Both the position numbers and the translations under genes were made by a program. Of a stretch of DNA of 64,000 nucleotides, positions 42,250 through 56,430 are shown piece by piece. The stretch is from Vicugna vicugna (taxonomy: Eukaryota). Position 1 is the stretch's first letter. The number at the start of each line of letters is the position of its first letter. The stretch lies in the NCBI GenBank assembly GCA_013265495.1, contig MU058384.1:5390792-5454791 (forward strand). Reading direction: 5' to 3'. The notes beneath the pieces are model-generated. The model did not search any database. It had not been told where the DNA came from and worked only from the letters and a program-made list of their open reading frames with translations.

Positions 42250-44175
42250 ATTTTTAATTGAAGTATAATCACTGACTTACAATATTGTAATAACTTTATA
42301 TGTACGACATAATGTTTTGGTATTTTTATCCATTGCAAAGCTATCACCATGATAAATCTAGTTACCATCTGTCACCATACAAAGTTATTACAATATTATT
42401 GATTATATTTCCTATGCTGTACATTACATCCCTGTGACTTACTTATTTTATAACTGAAAGTTTGTACCTCTTAATCCTCTTTGCTTATATCACCCTTCCC
42501 TCACTCCCACACAGGCAACAGTTTGTTCTCTTTATCTATGACTCTTTCTGTTTTATATTTATTTATTGTTCTGTTTTTTAGATTCCACATGTAAGTGAAA
42601 TCACATGGTATTTGTCTTTCTCTGACTTATTTCACTTATCATAATACCCTCCAGGTCCAACCATGTTGCAAATGGAAAGATTTCATTCTGTTTTATGGCT
42701 GAGCAAAATTTCTTTGTATATACCATACCTTCTTTATCTATTCGTCTATTGATGGACACTTCAATTGCTTTTAAATCTTGGCTATTGTAAATAATGCTGC
42801 AATGAACATTGGGGTGCATGTATCTATTTGAATTAGTGTTTTTGTTTTCCTGGAGTAAATATTCAGAAGTGAAATTGCTGGATTTTATGGTAGTTCTATT
42901 TTAAATTTTTTGAGAAAACTCCATGCTGTTTCCCATAGTGGCTGCACCAATTTACATTTCCACCAACAGTGCACATGAGTTCCCTTTCCTCCACATCCTT
43001 GCCAATACCTATTATGTGTTGTTTTTTGATGATAGCCATTTTGACAGGTGTGAGGCAATATCTCATTGTGGTTTTGATTTGCATTTCCTTGATGACTTAT
43101 GATGTTGAGCATCTTTTCATGTGTCTGTTGGTCATTTGTATGTCTTCTTTGGAAGAATGTCTATTCAGGTCCTCTGCCATTTTTAATAAGATTTTTTACT
43201 TTTTTGATATTGAGCTGTGTGAGTTCTTTCTATATTTGGGAAATGAATTCCTTATTGAACATATCATTTATAAATATCTTCTCCAATTCAGTAGGTTGCC
43301 TTTTTGTTTTGTTGATCATTTCCCTTGCTGTGCAAAAGCTTTTCAGTTTGGTGCAGTCTCATTTGTTTATTTTTGCTTTTCTTTCCCTTGACTGAGGAGA
43401 CAGGTCCAAAAAATATTGCTAAGACCAATGTCAGAGAGTTTACTGTCTATGTTTTCCTCTGAAAGTTTTATGGCTTCATGACTTACATTCAAGTCTTTAA
43501 TTCATTTTGAGTTTATTTTTGTATAAGGTGTAAGAAAGTGGTCTAGTTTCATTCTTTTGCATGTAGCTGTCTGGTTTTTCCAAAACAATTTATTGAACAG
43601 GTTGTCTTTTCCCCATTGTGTATTCTTGCTCCTTTGTCATAAATTAGCTGACCATATAAACATGTGTTTATTTCTGCGTTCTCCATTCTGTTCCACTGAT
43701 CTATGTGTCTGTCTTTGTGCCAATACCATGCTGTTTCAATCCTTATAGCTTTATAATGTAGTTTGAAACCAGGGGCCTCCAGCTTTGTTCTCTTTCTTAA
43801 GATTGCTTTGGCTATTTGGGGTTTTTTGTTTATCCATACAAATTTTAGGATTATCTATTCTAGTTCTGTGAAAAACATGATTGGTATTTTGTTAGGGATT
43901 GCATTGAATCTATAGATGGCTTTGGGTAATATGGACATTTTAGCAATATTAATTCCTCCAATCCATGAGCACAGTATCGCTTTCCATTTAATTCTGTCAT
44001 CTTCAATTTATTTTGTCAATATCTTATAATTTTCAGAGGACAAGACTTTCACTTCCTTAAGTTTATCCGTATGTATTTTATTTTTTGACGCAATTGTAAA
44101 TGATACTGTTTTCTTAGTTTTTCTTTCTAATAGTTTATTAATAGTTTATAGAAATGCAAAGATTTCTGTATCCTG
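42250..44175 (-). mobile_element. 5'-truncated LINE-1 (ORF2 3' part plus 3'UTR)
   Basis: ORF fragments [21 protein letters not shown]...CTVGGNVNW match the L1 ORF2 C-terminus. An L1MA-type 3'UTR lies at 42255-42600. Confidence 0.92.
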
Positions 44176-44609
44176 CATTGTAGAAAAAAGATGATAAGAT
44201 CTGGAGCCAGAAGTCTGAGTTCTAATAAATGTTTGTGTCCTTACTAACTGTGTGATCTGGAAAATATTTCACTTCTCTGAGTCTTCATTTTCTCAGGTAT
44301 AGAAAGTAATTAATAATACTTAGCTCTCATTTCTGGAAGTAAAGAATTCTCTTGCAATGAGTAAAATCTAAAGATTAAATGTTGTTATGTGTATCATCTT
44401 GAAGTCATTGACCAGGGTAGCCAGGAAAAACCAGTTCGTTCACCTCTGCTCTAAATGAAGTCGCTTTCAGCTCATTCGATATCAGATAGAGTTGTGTTTA
44501 CTGACATATGCCAGAGGCACAGAGCAGTATCCTCTGTGCAGAGGTCAAGCTGATTAGTTGAAAGATTTTCATAAAAACCCATGGATGGCTATGCAGACTC
44601 ACAGGAGTT

Positions 44610-44880
44610 CCACTAATTCATTCACTCACTCGTATATCCTATAAGCATTTACTGAGCACTTCTGTACCAAGCATTGCACTAAGCATTGAGGACAAATCTG
44701 AATAAGATAAGAACCTTACTTTCATAGTCTAGTTGGAAGTGAAGGTGGATGGAAATATAAATAGATAATTGTAATATAAAAATATGTTCCATTTTAGAGG
44801 TATGTCTGAAGGACTAAGGAAACACAGGGTAAGGAACTACAAAGTCTGACTGGGGCAATAAGGAAAGGTTTCAAAAACAA
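44610..44880 (-). mobile_element. LINE-2 3' end
   Basis: TTCATTCACTCAC...GCATTTACTGAGCACTTCTGTACCAAGCATTG. Confidence 0.65.
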
Positions 44881-47800
44881 TTATCTCAGCTCTTTCCACC
44901 AAAGAAGACTGAAAAACTCGTGTGTGTGTGCATGCACAAGGATGGCGGGGGAGGGAGGTGAGGTTGCATGTATCCTAATTTGCTAAAATAAAATTGGCCA
45001 TAAATGACCTTACTTCTATCAAATGCAATAAGCACCTCTGACCCCCTAAATCCCTTATGCCCTCTCTATTCAGCAGATGTAGTCATTCTTCTAATGGACA
45101 GTACATTCTTAGAAGGGATTCATCAAGTTGATTAATGGGCAGGTTACTTAATATATTCAAAGACATAACATGTCAATAATTCAATCCTGGTTTTGATATG
45201 AATTAACCATTTTCCCCTTAAGGATCTTTCTCATGCAGTTCTGTTTCCTTACCACTTCTGGTAAGGATTTTTATAGTGGTGATTATCTGAGATTGGGACA
45301 GATTTTTGCCAAGGTAGTTGACTTCTCCAAAGTAGTCTAAAGGGAGATCAAAAAGTTCAAAAATCAATGTTATCATGTAAAAGAAGTGCAAAGGGAGACA
45401 AAATGGGATGAACTGAAAACCTAGACTTCACTTTGCAATGCTGAGAAATTTGTGGTTACTCAGTGGCTTTGGGACTAGTACTAAATATGTTTCATACTTT
45501 CATTTCCTGATGTTCTCTGAAAAGAAACATATCAAAGCAGATTTCATAGCAGTTATCTGTTTCCAGAATCTATATGAAAAACCAAAAGAAGGGTTCTAAG
45601 AAGTGTATCAGGAATCAGATTAAAATATCTAAATTCATAAATATATTTTGATCAGAATTTTTATTTAATATTTGTCCCTTTAGAGTTCAGGATGTAGTAA
45701 GCTAAGAATTGCATCCCGAATGCCATAAACAAGTCTATTTTTTAAGAGCATAAGAAAAAGCAGACACATACAGATATTCAGAGACAGATGAAACAAAAAG
45801 GAGGCTAATGACTCAACATTTTTGACGCTTAACAGTGGGTTGACTCGGTTTTAGCTCCAAGCACGGGCAAAGGTTCAAGTTGGAACTCATTTTATTCAAA
45901 CTGGTTTTCCCACCATCTTTAGTTACATCGTGACAGTACTCCCACTACTATGCCTCAAATACCAAACACTTTGCCAATACTTTTATTGGATTAAAGAAAA
46001 GAGAGCTCAAGTAAACATGTTTTGATACCCCCTAAGAGCACGTATCTTTTTTTTTCACTAGTTCTCCTTGTTCTCAGTTTTTGCTAGACTCTTTCACTGA
46101 TGTGAGGCTGAACTCAGACAAGACCACACCTCCTTACTGCCAGCTACTTTTGTAAAGAGTAATTTGTAAAGTACAAATACACTCAGTTAATTGCCCAGTC
46201 AACTTTCAAACCTGTATGGCTGCAAACCTAGTATAATTATTTTGTAAAAAACTTCTAGCCATTGTCCAGACTACAATTCTTCATATTTGCACAATCCAAG
46301 GAATGCCTGTTTATCTGTTCTATAAAGGAAGATAAGTGGCTTCATCTTGTCCAAGAGCCCTAAGATATTTTAGGAAGTCTTCTAGATCTACCAGGCAGTG
46401 TTACTGATAAATTAAAGCCATGAACTGCTCTTCTCCCCACAGTAACACATATGTCATCCTTTAAGTTTTATGCAAACCATGCAAAACAAACTGGGTTTGT
46501 TCTCATGATCCCAGGCCTCTGGGCTTAGATTTTGATTTCAAAAGTCCACTTGCATAGAAAACTACAAAATATGCCTGTTACCAAAAAACTTGGGAGAATA
46601 TTAATTTTTGCCTCATGAATGTCTTAAAATCACCTCACTCCCCACCAGTGTTACCCGCTTCTATGCTTAGTGTGAACCATTCCTTCAAAATGGAAGGACT
46701 GAGATTCTCATTTCCATTGCATAGCATCAAATGACTCGAACGAACCACAGTTCTTTCTTCTCTCAACAGTAGCTTACTTCCCTAAGGATGCCTTCAAACA
46801 GTTACTTAAAAGGTTTCCACGGTTGAACTGTTCTCAGGCTAGAATAATTTGAGCCAATGGTAAAGGATGCAAGAACAAAGAGATCTCAGGACAGCTGGTA
46901 CACTTGACTGAAAAGAAACAGTCATACTTCGGGCTGGAAATTTATGCTTGGAACACAATAGGTTCTATGCAAGATATTAGCAATGCATCTCAGTTAAGAC
47001 TGAAGGCTTGATCATAATTACAAAAACAGTGCAAAGATTTGAAAAAAGGACACACAATACTTTAGATAATTCCAATAGTTTATTACTAAGTACCACTCTG
47101 AGTAAAATTAATCTGGTAAATAAAACATGACATATAGGGTTCAATCAGTGATCAGCTATAATTATTTTCTGCGTGTGGTCTTGGAAGGCAAGAAATAGGA
47201 TTCTGCCAGTAGCATGTCATTTCCTGCCCAGTGATGCCCAAAAGGCCAAATGGGTTTACATGTTGGTAGAAGAGCATGAGCGTTTGGTCTGATAATCAGC
47301 TTTCGTTTAAGAATTGGGACCAATTACATAAAGCTCTTCCCTTCTAAATAAGCATTTGGGAGATTATTACATTACTTAAAAGTAAAGTGTTGCAACATGT
47401 TAGTTTCACAGTATTGAATCCTGCCAAATTCTGGAGAGAGAGTACAGCGCTCCTATTGAGCTGTTTAGGACCCATAGTTTGCCAGCTTCAGTCCTTATCT
47501 GTATCATGGCTACAATGTTAAACAGATACTAGTTACCTCTGCATTAAAGATATCTATACCTTTTGTTAAGTTAAAATACTGGAGACGGTATCATGCAAAT
47601 GTTATGCAGAAGATATCATGGCAGGGTTATACGTCTGTGAAGGTAGTAGTGAGTGGGAAGTGGAGGAGTGCGAAGAAGGGAGTGTCCCTTAGTAAAGTCA
47701 ATTCACACTTTCAGTACGTAAGAAAACCATGTAAGAAATATTCTGATCTTTAATTAGTCTTTGGTTTCTGCCTTCAAGACAATTCATTTGCTATGCACCG

Positions 47801-49541
47801 TTTACATAGCAATCAGAGTGACAGAACCATCATTGTCTACTAATCACAATACCTTCCAAGATGTCCTTTGCTGACCACATTATGAAAATTCTTACTCAGA
47901 GCAATAATTCTGGAATACCTCCTATCTCACAAAAGGACAAATAATCAAAACGGTATAATGCTGATGAATCTTCAAGGAAATATTAGAGCTGTTCTATGGA
48001 CATTTTTTATAAAAGGGGACAAAAAGAGACTGTTTTACAGTTGAAATGTCCTAAGAAGGGAGATATTCTAACAAGAAATGTCAATGAGAATACTCTAAAG
48101 AAAATTCAACAATATGTTACCTAAATTAGCTATAAAGTGTATGTTCTAATCACTGCCTTCTTAACTCTTACCACATTTTTTTGTATGGGAATACAATAAA
48201 CAATAAAGCAGTGTAATTATTTAATGAGATAAAAGCATAAAATAATATAGAAAGCAATTATCAAAAATCTTGAGTAAATACAAATCTGTTTGAAAGCTTT
48301 TGAAATTGATTTCACTGCAGCTCAGAAGAACGTTGGAAAGGGAAGGAGTAAATACCAATAGTCAGTAACAATATGTAGGGAGGCTGAGGTAGGCACATTG
48401 CATTTTCTTTCCCTGTATGAAAGAAGCAAAGCAAATGGAATAATTTACCAATAATGCAAAGCATTGAAATTCAAGTGGCTATCAAATCCTGAGGGGGTCC
48501 TTCTATATTATCTGCAGAAAGGTTGAACACTGAGTTGGTTATTTGAAATGATTTAGCTACTTAACACCAAATATCTAGGGCTGGGTGCACAGATAAGAAC
48601 TCAGATTCTGCCAGTGGACCCGCAGGGAAGGTGATTTCCAAGACTCTTTTACCTGCTAACATATGTATTCAAGTTTTCTTATTTCTAGATGACTAAATAT
48701 AAAAAGAGGATTCTACTTCCTACCTTTCAAGTAAAGGGAAAAAGGAACCCAGGACTATGGATGAGCAATTAGTTTTATCCTTGTTAGATATCACCCTTCT
48801 TTCCACTCAGCCAAGTATTTTTAAATCATATGGAAATGATTCCACTAGGGTGATCCAAAATAACAACATTCCTGTATAAATGGCTAAAACCTAAATGCTC
48901 AGTTGAAAAAAAGATTGGAAAAAGAACAATTCAATAAAATCAAAAACAAAGGTCAAGATGACTAAAAGTCAAACCAATCTTTCCAAAAACACGGAGGCCC
49001 CTTAATTGATCTGAAAGACTATAATTGTATTTATGTGTCTTGTGTTGGAACCATTCCTAAGTCATTCTAGAGAGGCACATTTAACATTGTCAAGGAAAGG
49101 AAACTCAGCACCTCTTTTGAGGACTTGCTCCCAAATTACTTCTTATTCTATGTAATGGCCTATTTGTCATAGCCTTCAAATCTTCATTATGCTGAGGACC
49201 ACAGTGAGAGTTATTGCATCCAAGGTACTGACTGTGACCTTAGAGCTATAAGAAAAATACTGGAAGCTCCTCACATGCAACCAGGTGAGAATGCATTTCT
49301 CTGCCTGCTTTCTGGATGCAAGATCTTAGCTACAGTACAAACAGTGGGAAAATGTGAGATCTTTCTAGGGGGAAGCTTTAATATCACACTGTAGAGCATT
49401 AAATCAAGATGTTAAAAAGCCAGATATTTTTGTTTCTTCATGTAAATAAAAGCTATGATTGATAGATTTTCTGGCACTCCCTGTAGTATGTGACACAGGA
49501 CCCCAAAATATAAATTGAAAATTTTTTCTTTAGCTGTATGC

Positions 49542-49622
49542 CTGTGCTATCTGACATGGTGGCCACTAACTAGCCACATGTGGCTATTTAAATTTAAATT
49601 ATTCTAAAATGTATAAAATTAA
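49542..49622. mobile_element. MER3/MER33-like hAT-Charlie fragment
   Basis: CTGTGCTATCTGACATGGTGGCCACTAACTAGCCACATGTGGCTATTTAAATTTAAATT is characteristic of this family. Confidence 0.65.
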
Positions 49623-50270
49623 GTAAATTGGTGCAGCCACTATGGAAAACAGTATGGATGTTCCTTAAAAACTGAAAAATAGAGTTACCATATGAGTCAG
49701 CAATTCCATTCTGGGCATATATCCAGAAAAGACAAAAACTCGAATTCAAAAAGATACATGCACCCCAATGCTCACAGCAGCTCTATTTACAGTAACCAAG
49801 ACATGGAAACCACCTAAATGTCCATTGAAAGGTGAATGGACAAAGAAGATGTGGTATATATATATATATATACAATGGAATATTACTCAACTATAAAAAA
49901 GAATGAAGTAATGACATTTGCAGCAACATGGGTGTACTTAGGGATTATCATACTAAGTGAAGTAAGTCAGGCAGAGAAAGACAAATATATGATATTTATA
50001 TGTGGAATCTAAAATATGGTATAAGTGAACTTATTTACAAAACAGAAGTAGACTCACAGACATAGAAAACAAACTTATGGTTAATGAAAGGGAAGGGGGG
50101 AGGGATAAATTAGGAGTTTGGGATTAACAGATACACCCCACCATATGTAAAATAGATAAACAGCAAGGAACCACTGTATAGCACAGGGAACTGTATTTAA
50201 TATTTTGTAATAATCTATAATGGAAAAGAATGTTAAAAAGAATATATATACACACATATATATCTATCTG
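49623..50270 (+). mobile_element. LINE-1 3' fragment
   Basis: GTAAATTGGTGCAGCCACTATGGAAAACAG...CATACTAAGTGAAGTAAGTCAG, followed by an artiodactyl-type L1 3'UTR. It abuts a MER3/MER33-like fragment. Confidence 0.88.
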
Positions 50271-50599
50271 TCTAGGGTCACTGGGCTCAGATTTTTATTT
50301 TTAATTGAAGCATAGTTGATTTACATTGGCTCAGATTCTGATCTTGCAAGCACTACAGACAATGAAGCAACCACAAAGTTAAAAACTTAGCCTATGTGAT
50401 AGGCTACTGCAAGCTCAATAAATTTTGGATTTCTGATTATCAATATGGTCACAAAAATCCACACCAATTAAAATAAAAAAAGATGTGCATCAATAATTGT
50501 ATAAATGATTTGAACACATTATCTCTATTTTGCTAATTTCTTCATGGACATATTCACCCTAATAATAATGACATCACCCTAAAAATGTGCAATTTTAGA

Positions 50600-52325
50600 T
50601 ACATTGGTTCTGGATGTATTTATTATAATAAAATGACCTCTATTATTTCAGGTAAGGTAATATTATTTGCTCTCAAATCTTTTTCTGATATTAATATCGG
50701 TTCCAGCTTTCCTTAGATTGGTTTTAGCAAGGTGTATCTTTTTCCATCTTTTTTTTTTTAACCTATTTGTTTCTTAATACTTAAAGTAGATTTCTTTTGG
50801 GCAGCTTGGGTCTTGATTTTTAGCCAATATGACACTCTCTGCCTTTTAATTGGTGTATTTAGACTATTTACATTAAACGTTATGATTGATATGATTGAAT
50901 TTAAATATACCATTTTGTTCTTCGTTTGGTTTGTTATCTAAACTTTTTATTTTTCACATGTATTTTTTCAAATGAATTTTTTACATCTAAAGTAACTACT
51001 ATTTTAAGTTCCTTGGAAGCTTTGTCTAAATTGTCTGAATATTCCAGAATGTAAATGAATTCCTTCAAAAATCTTTTTTGCACAGATTTTCATTTAAGCT
51101 TGGTAATGCTTGTTCTCTGTTCTGTACTGAAATCCTTCAGGAGTGACAATAAAAGAGTTTTTTAAAAACTTTATTATTTTGAAGTAATTATAGATTCACA
51201 TGCACTTGTTAAGACCTAATACAGAAAGATCCTATATACCTCTCACCCAGTTTCCCCCATAATAATATCTTGCATAACTGAAATTCACATTGTTATTATT
51301 CAGTGACCATTTTCAGGTTCACCAGTTTTAGATTCGCTAATTCCTGTGTGTGTATTTAGTTCTATGCAATTTTGTCGGCTGTGTAGATTTGTGTGCCCAC
51401 TACAAAAGGGAACATACAGAACAGTTACCTTACAAAGACCCCCCCATGCTACCCTCCTATAGTCACAGCCACCTCCCTATCCACCAAACTCTGACAACCA
51501 TTGATCTATTCTCCATCTTTATCATTTTGTCATTGCAAGAATGCAGTTATAAATGAAATCATTCAGTCTATAACTTTTTGAGAATGACTTTCTCAATCAG
51601 CATAATTCTGTTGAGATCCACTACGGTTTTTACATTTATCAGCAGTTCATTTCTTTTTAATGCTGAATAGTGTTCATGGCATATGTGTACCACAGTTTGT
51701 TTAACTATCCTTCCAATGAAGGATATTTGAGTTGTTCCCAGAAGAACTAAAACAACAAATTTTTTTCTCTCTGCTGAAGCCTCGGTGAAGAGAATAAAAA
51801 GACAAACAGACTTACAGAAAATATTTGCTAACCACATATCCAACACAGGACTTAACATCTAAAACATACGAAGAACTCTAAAACTCGATAGTCAAAAGCA
51901 AACAATGCAATTAAATTATGAGCAAGAGATGTGAACAGACATTTCACTGAAGAAGATATACAGGTAGTAAATGAATACATAAAAAGATGTTCAATATCAT
52001 TAGTCATTAGGGAAATACAAATTAAAAACATAATGAGATACTGCATGTCTAACAGAATGGCTAAAGTAAAAAAATGGTAATCATCCCAAATGCTGATGAG
52101 GATATGGAGAAACTGGACCACCCATTCATCACTGAGGGGAATGCAAAATGGTATTGCTACTCTGGAAAAGATTATGACTCTTACTTTGTATAACTAAATA
52201 TGTGCTTACCATATGACCTAGAAATTGCACTCTTGGGCACTTATCCCAGAGAAATAAAAACTGAAGTTTACACAAAATCCTGTCCATGACTGTTCATGGC
52301 AGCTTTATTTATAATAACCAAAAAT
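50600..52325. mobile_element. Cluster of old L1M fragments in both orientations
   Basis: Minus-strand L1M pieces at about 50600-51750 and a plus-strand ORF2 3' piece at about 51770-52325 (CAGACATTTCACTGAAGAAGATATAC...GGAAATACAAATTAAAAAC). Confidence 0.75.
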
Positions 52326-52368
52326 GAAGGAATTTTTAAAGGGCATAAGCTCAAAGGACAAAGAGCAC

Positions 52369-53465
52369 AGGTGGAATTACCAGGAAGCTAATGAAGCATG
52401 GGCTACAGAGCCACTCGTTGCTTGTATGGGTGCCTTCCAAGACCCTGGGAGGTTCTCTAGCCATGTGTTCACGTTGTCATATATTTTTGTATGACTTGCA
52501 AAGTTAAGTCTTTGGTTTTCATTTAATTAAAATTACTGTGTATATCTACTCTGATTTCTCCTTTATCACTTCTCCTTTATCAGTGGATGGTGACAATGGT
52601 CATTTTGAGATCTGGCTACGGAAGTTTATTTGGCTATACACTGAGTTTTGGTTTAGAATGATATATTTATGTTGTATGTAATTACTTCTGTGTATAGGTG
52701 TGGTATTGTAAGCCATCTTATTGTTGGTCATGGTTCCAGGAATACTGCTACCCAGTTTATCTAGGCACTAGGCATCACAAGGCAAATACTCAGAGTCAGA
52801 GATATTTTGTGGTATGATTGTTTCCTTGGCACCAGGCATCAGTGCATCCAAGTAGAGCGGGAGAAGTCAGAGTTAAAATATACAAAATTGGAAAATGAGG
52901 TCTGGAAAATTTTTCCAAATATCAGATAAATAACAAACACAGAATTTGGTGTCATAGACCACTTTTTTTCCTTTTTGATGGGAATTTTAGAAACTAGGAT
53001 TTAGAAGATTTCTTGTGTTTGCAGGACACAGCCCAATATTTCCATACCTACAGTATAAAGTGTCAGCTATGTCTGTGTGTTGTCACAGCCCAACTCTCAG
53101 AAAAAAAAGAAGTTTAACCATGCTAGAAAAAGATTGACATACTTTCCCATTTTCTCCAAAGAAAGTGATGTTACAAAATTGTTTTCATATGGAGCTAATC
53201 AAAGTACACGCAACCAGAGAACTTATGGGAGAAAAGATTATAGATTCATGTCAGGCCATTAATCAATAAAAATACTATGTTTTTAAAATGTTGTGACATT
53301 TGTAAGGTCTTTTTAAGTTGTTATATTTATTATTTATTTTCTTATTCAAAATAAATACTTGCTTCTGCACCAAGTTTTGTATTCATAATTTTGTCTTCAT
53401 TTTCTTAAAGAGGGTACTCAAAATTGCATAAACCTAAGTCCTCATGAAACTTAGATCTGTCCTCA
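52369..53465 (+). mobile_element. hAT-Tip100 DNA transposon, Zaphod/MER115-like
   Basis: Termini GAAGCTAATGAAGC...CCTTCCAAGACCCTGGGAGG and TTAAAGAGGGTACTCAAAATTGCATAA...AACTTAGATCTGTCCTC resemble this family. Confidence 0.65.
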
Positions 53466-54273
53466 GACAAGAGAACAGAAAAAGGAATAAAATTTGGAAG
53501 CTGGAAAGCAGATGGGTGAGCAGTTGCTAACTTAGGAAAGCAGAAGTTGCCCATGCAAACAATAAGGGGTACTAAAGTTTAAGCTAAAACCTAAGCTGGT
53601 GGTGGAAGGGGCATAGGAGCATATATAGAAGCCCAGAAAGGCTAAGGTCTTCCCAAAACAGAGGCATATCACACTGAAACCAGACAGACTGATTAAAGTC
53701 TGTTTAAGAACAACTAAGTGTTCATAATATTATATAACCATTGAATGTCAATTGTATGCACAATTATTACATGCCCTCAATTCACTGAGAAAGTGAAGGA
53801 AATGAAGTATGCATGAAGAGTGGGACAGGGGTGTAAGAAAGTTAAATTTTCATCATCCATAGTACAAAATTAATAAAAATGTCTAAAATTGAAAAATTAT
53901 GAGAACAAGAAGCTTAAACATGTTACTTTAAAAAAATGGAGGGAAATATTTTTTAAAAACTATTTAAAAAGTTGGAAATGGTTTTGTTTCAGGGACAGAG
54001 TAAGAGATGGAGAGACAGTGTGACAAGGAACTGCTTTTTTTGTAATAAGCCTTGTCCAATATTCAAATGTAAAATTAAAAATTTTAGATGCACTCAAATG
54101 GGATCTTACAAGGCATTTTTTTCTTCATCTTGCTTTTTCACTTACTTTGCCTTGGTGTTCTTCATATAGCAGGACTTTTAGATCTGCTTCTTTTCTCTCC
54201 TTTTTTTTTCTTAATGACTGCATAATCATCTGTTTTATTGATATTATGTAATTTATTTAACAAAGCTTGTTCT

Positions 54274-54420
54274 TTTTTTTAAACTTTTTAATTGATTTAT
54301 AATAATTTTACAATGTTGTGTCAAATTCCAGTATAGAGCACAATTTTTCAGTTACACATGAACATATATATATTCATTGTCACATTTTTTTCTCCGTGAG
54401 CTCCCACAAGGTCCCATATA
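54274..54420 (-). mobile_element. Young, severely 5'-truncated LINE-1 with a 16-bp TSD
   Basis: Poly-T plus L1 3' end lies between perfect repeats TAACAAAGCTTGTTCT at 54258-54273 and 54421-54436. Confidence 0.85.
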
Positions 54421-54589
54421 TAACAAAGCTTGTTCTGATGGATCTTCAGTTTGGTGTCAGATTTTTATATTACAAAGCTTTAATGGCAAATCTCTCATTG
54501 CATATTTTTTTTCTTGTATATGTATAGGATAAATTGCTAGCAGTATATTTTTAAAAGATTATTTGAAAGAAGGTTTTGAGGGTTTTCTG

Positions 54590-54666
54590 TATTTTTTAAT
54601 TGAAATATAATTGACTTACAATGTTGTGTTAGTTTCAGGTGTACAGCAAAGTGACTCAGTTACATG

Positions 54667-54706
<40 letters not shown>

Positions 54707-55130
54707 CATTCTTTTTCAGATTCTTTTTCATTATAGGCTATTACAAGATATTGAATATAGTTCCCTGTGCTAAACAGTAGGTCCTTGTTGTTTATCTGCT
54801 TTATATATGGTAGTGTGTATCTGTTAATCCCAAACTCCTAATTTAGCCCTCCCTCAACCCCTTCCCCCCTTTCCTCTTTGGTAACCATAGTTTGTTTTCC
54901 ATGTTTGTGAGTCTATTTCTGGTTTCTAAATAAGTTCATTTGAACCATTGTTTTTAGATTCCACATATAAGTGACACCATATGATATTTGTCTTTGACTT
55001 ACTTCACTTAGTATGATAGTCTCTAGGTCCATCCATGTCAATGCTAATGGCAATATTTCATTATTTGTTATAGTTAAGTAATAGTTCCTTGTGTATATAT
55101 ACCATAGCTTTATCCAGTCATCTCCCTGGA
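54590..55130 (-). mobile_element. LINE-1 3' fragment containing a (TATC)n tract
   Basis: ORF fragment WIKLWYIYT...TWMDLETIILSEVSQ (L1 ORF2 end) plus 3'UTR; (TATC)n at about 54667-54706. Confidence 0.88.
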
Positions 55131-55149
55131 TTTGCACTTTTAAAAAGTA

Positions 55150-56430
55150 AACTTTTTATTTTGGACTAGCTTTTTAAAATAAAAAATGTGAAGGTAGTAC
55201 AGAAACTTCTTATACACTCTACTCTTGAGTTTCCCATTATCAACATCTTACATCAGTATGGTACATTTTACATAACAAACAAATATTGATAAACTATAAT
55301 TAACTAAAGTACAAACTTCATTCAGATTTCCTTGGTTTTTAACTAATGTCCTTTTTCGATTCCAAGATGTATGTTTTTTGGTATTTATCCTATATGCTGT
55401 CTTACGAGCTTCCTGGATCTGTGGTTTGGTGTCAGTCATTAATTTTGGAAAATTCTTTGCCATTATTATATCAAACATTTCTTCTGATCCATTCTCTTTT
55501 TCATCTTCTAGTGTTTTAATTACACATATGTTGTAGTTGTTTGAAACTATACTGCAGTTCTTGGATGTTATGTTCTGGTTTTTTTATTCTTTTGTTTCTT
55601 CTGCATTTCAGTTAGGGAAGTTTCTATTGACCTAACATTAAGCTAATTGATTCTTTTCTTAGTCATTTCCATTCTGCTAATAAGCCTTTCAAAGTCATTT
55701 ATTTTGTATCACAGTGTTTTTTCTTTTTAGCATCTCATTTTTTATTTTCTCTTAGATTTTACAGCTCTGTGCTTACATTACCCATCTCTTCTTTCATGAC
55801 AGATCATTTCAACATGTGTGTTATATCTGCGTCTGGTTCTGATGTTTGCTTTGTCTCTCCAGAGTGTTTTTTCCTGCATTTGGCTTGCCTTATAATTTTT
55901 TGTTGAAAGCCAGACATGTTATATTGGGTAACAGGAACTGAGGTAAATTGGCCTCCAGTGTGAGGTTTTATGTTAACTTGCTAAGAGTTGGATACCACTT
56001 AATGTTTGAAGTAGCGATAGATGCCAATGAGTTTGAATTTGTTTGGCTTTCTTGTTTTTGACTCCCCTCTTGAGTGATGGCTCCCCTCTAAGAGCTCCCC
56101 ATCAAAGACAGTTTGCAGATTACAGCTCTAATTCTGCAGCTCCCTGGACTTCCCCTCTCTCAGGCTAGACCTTGCTCAGCCTTCAGCAATTTGTCAAAAT
56201 TGCCATGTATGTATTCCTATTAGTTTGTGGCTTCAGCGGCAACTGTTCCTGGTAAGCAAATCTCAGCTGTGACCCTCTAGATTTCAGACTGGTGGTGCCA
56301 GTTTGTTCTATGACCCCAGTAATTTGATAAATCCAACAAAACGCATTGATTTTCAGTTTATTCAGCTTTATCTTTTTGTAAGAATGGGAGGGAGCAGTTC
56401 CAAGGTCTTTACATGTCAGAGCTGAAACAA
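55150..56430 (-). mobile_element. Old L1M (L1MC/L1MD-type) fragments
   Basis: ORF fragment IMAKNFPKLMTDTKPQIQEARKT resembles L1 ORF1; an L1MC-type 3' piece lies at 55150-55370. Confidence 0.7.

Noticed and set aside
42601..43748. Several ORFs of 60-140 aa
   Set aside because: Sense and antisense fragments of L1 ORF2, not host genes.
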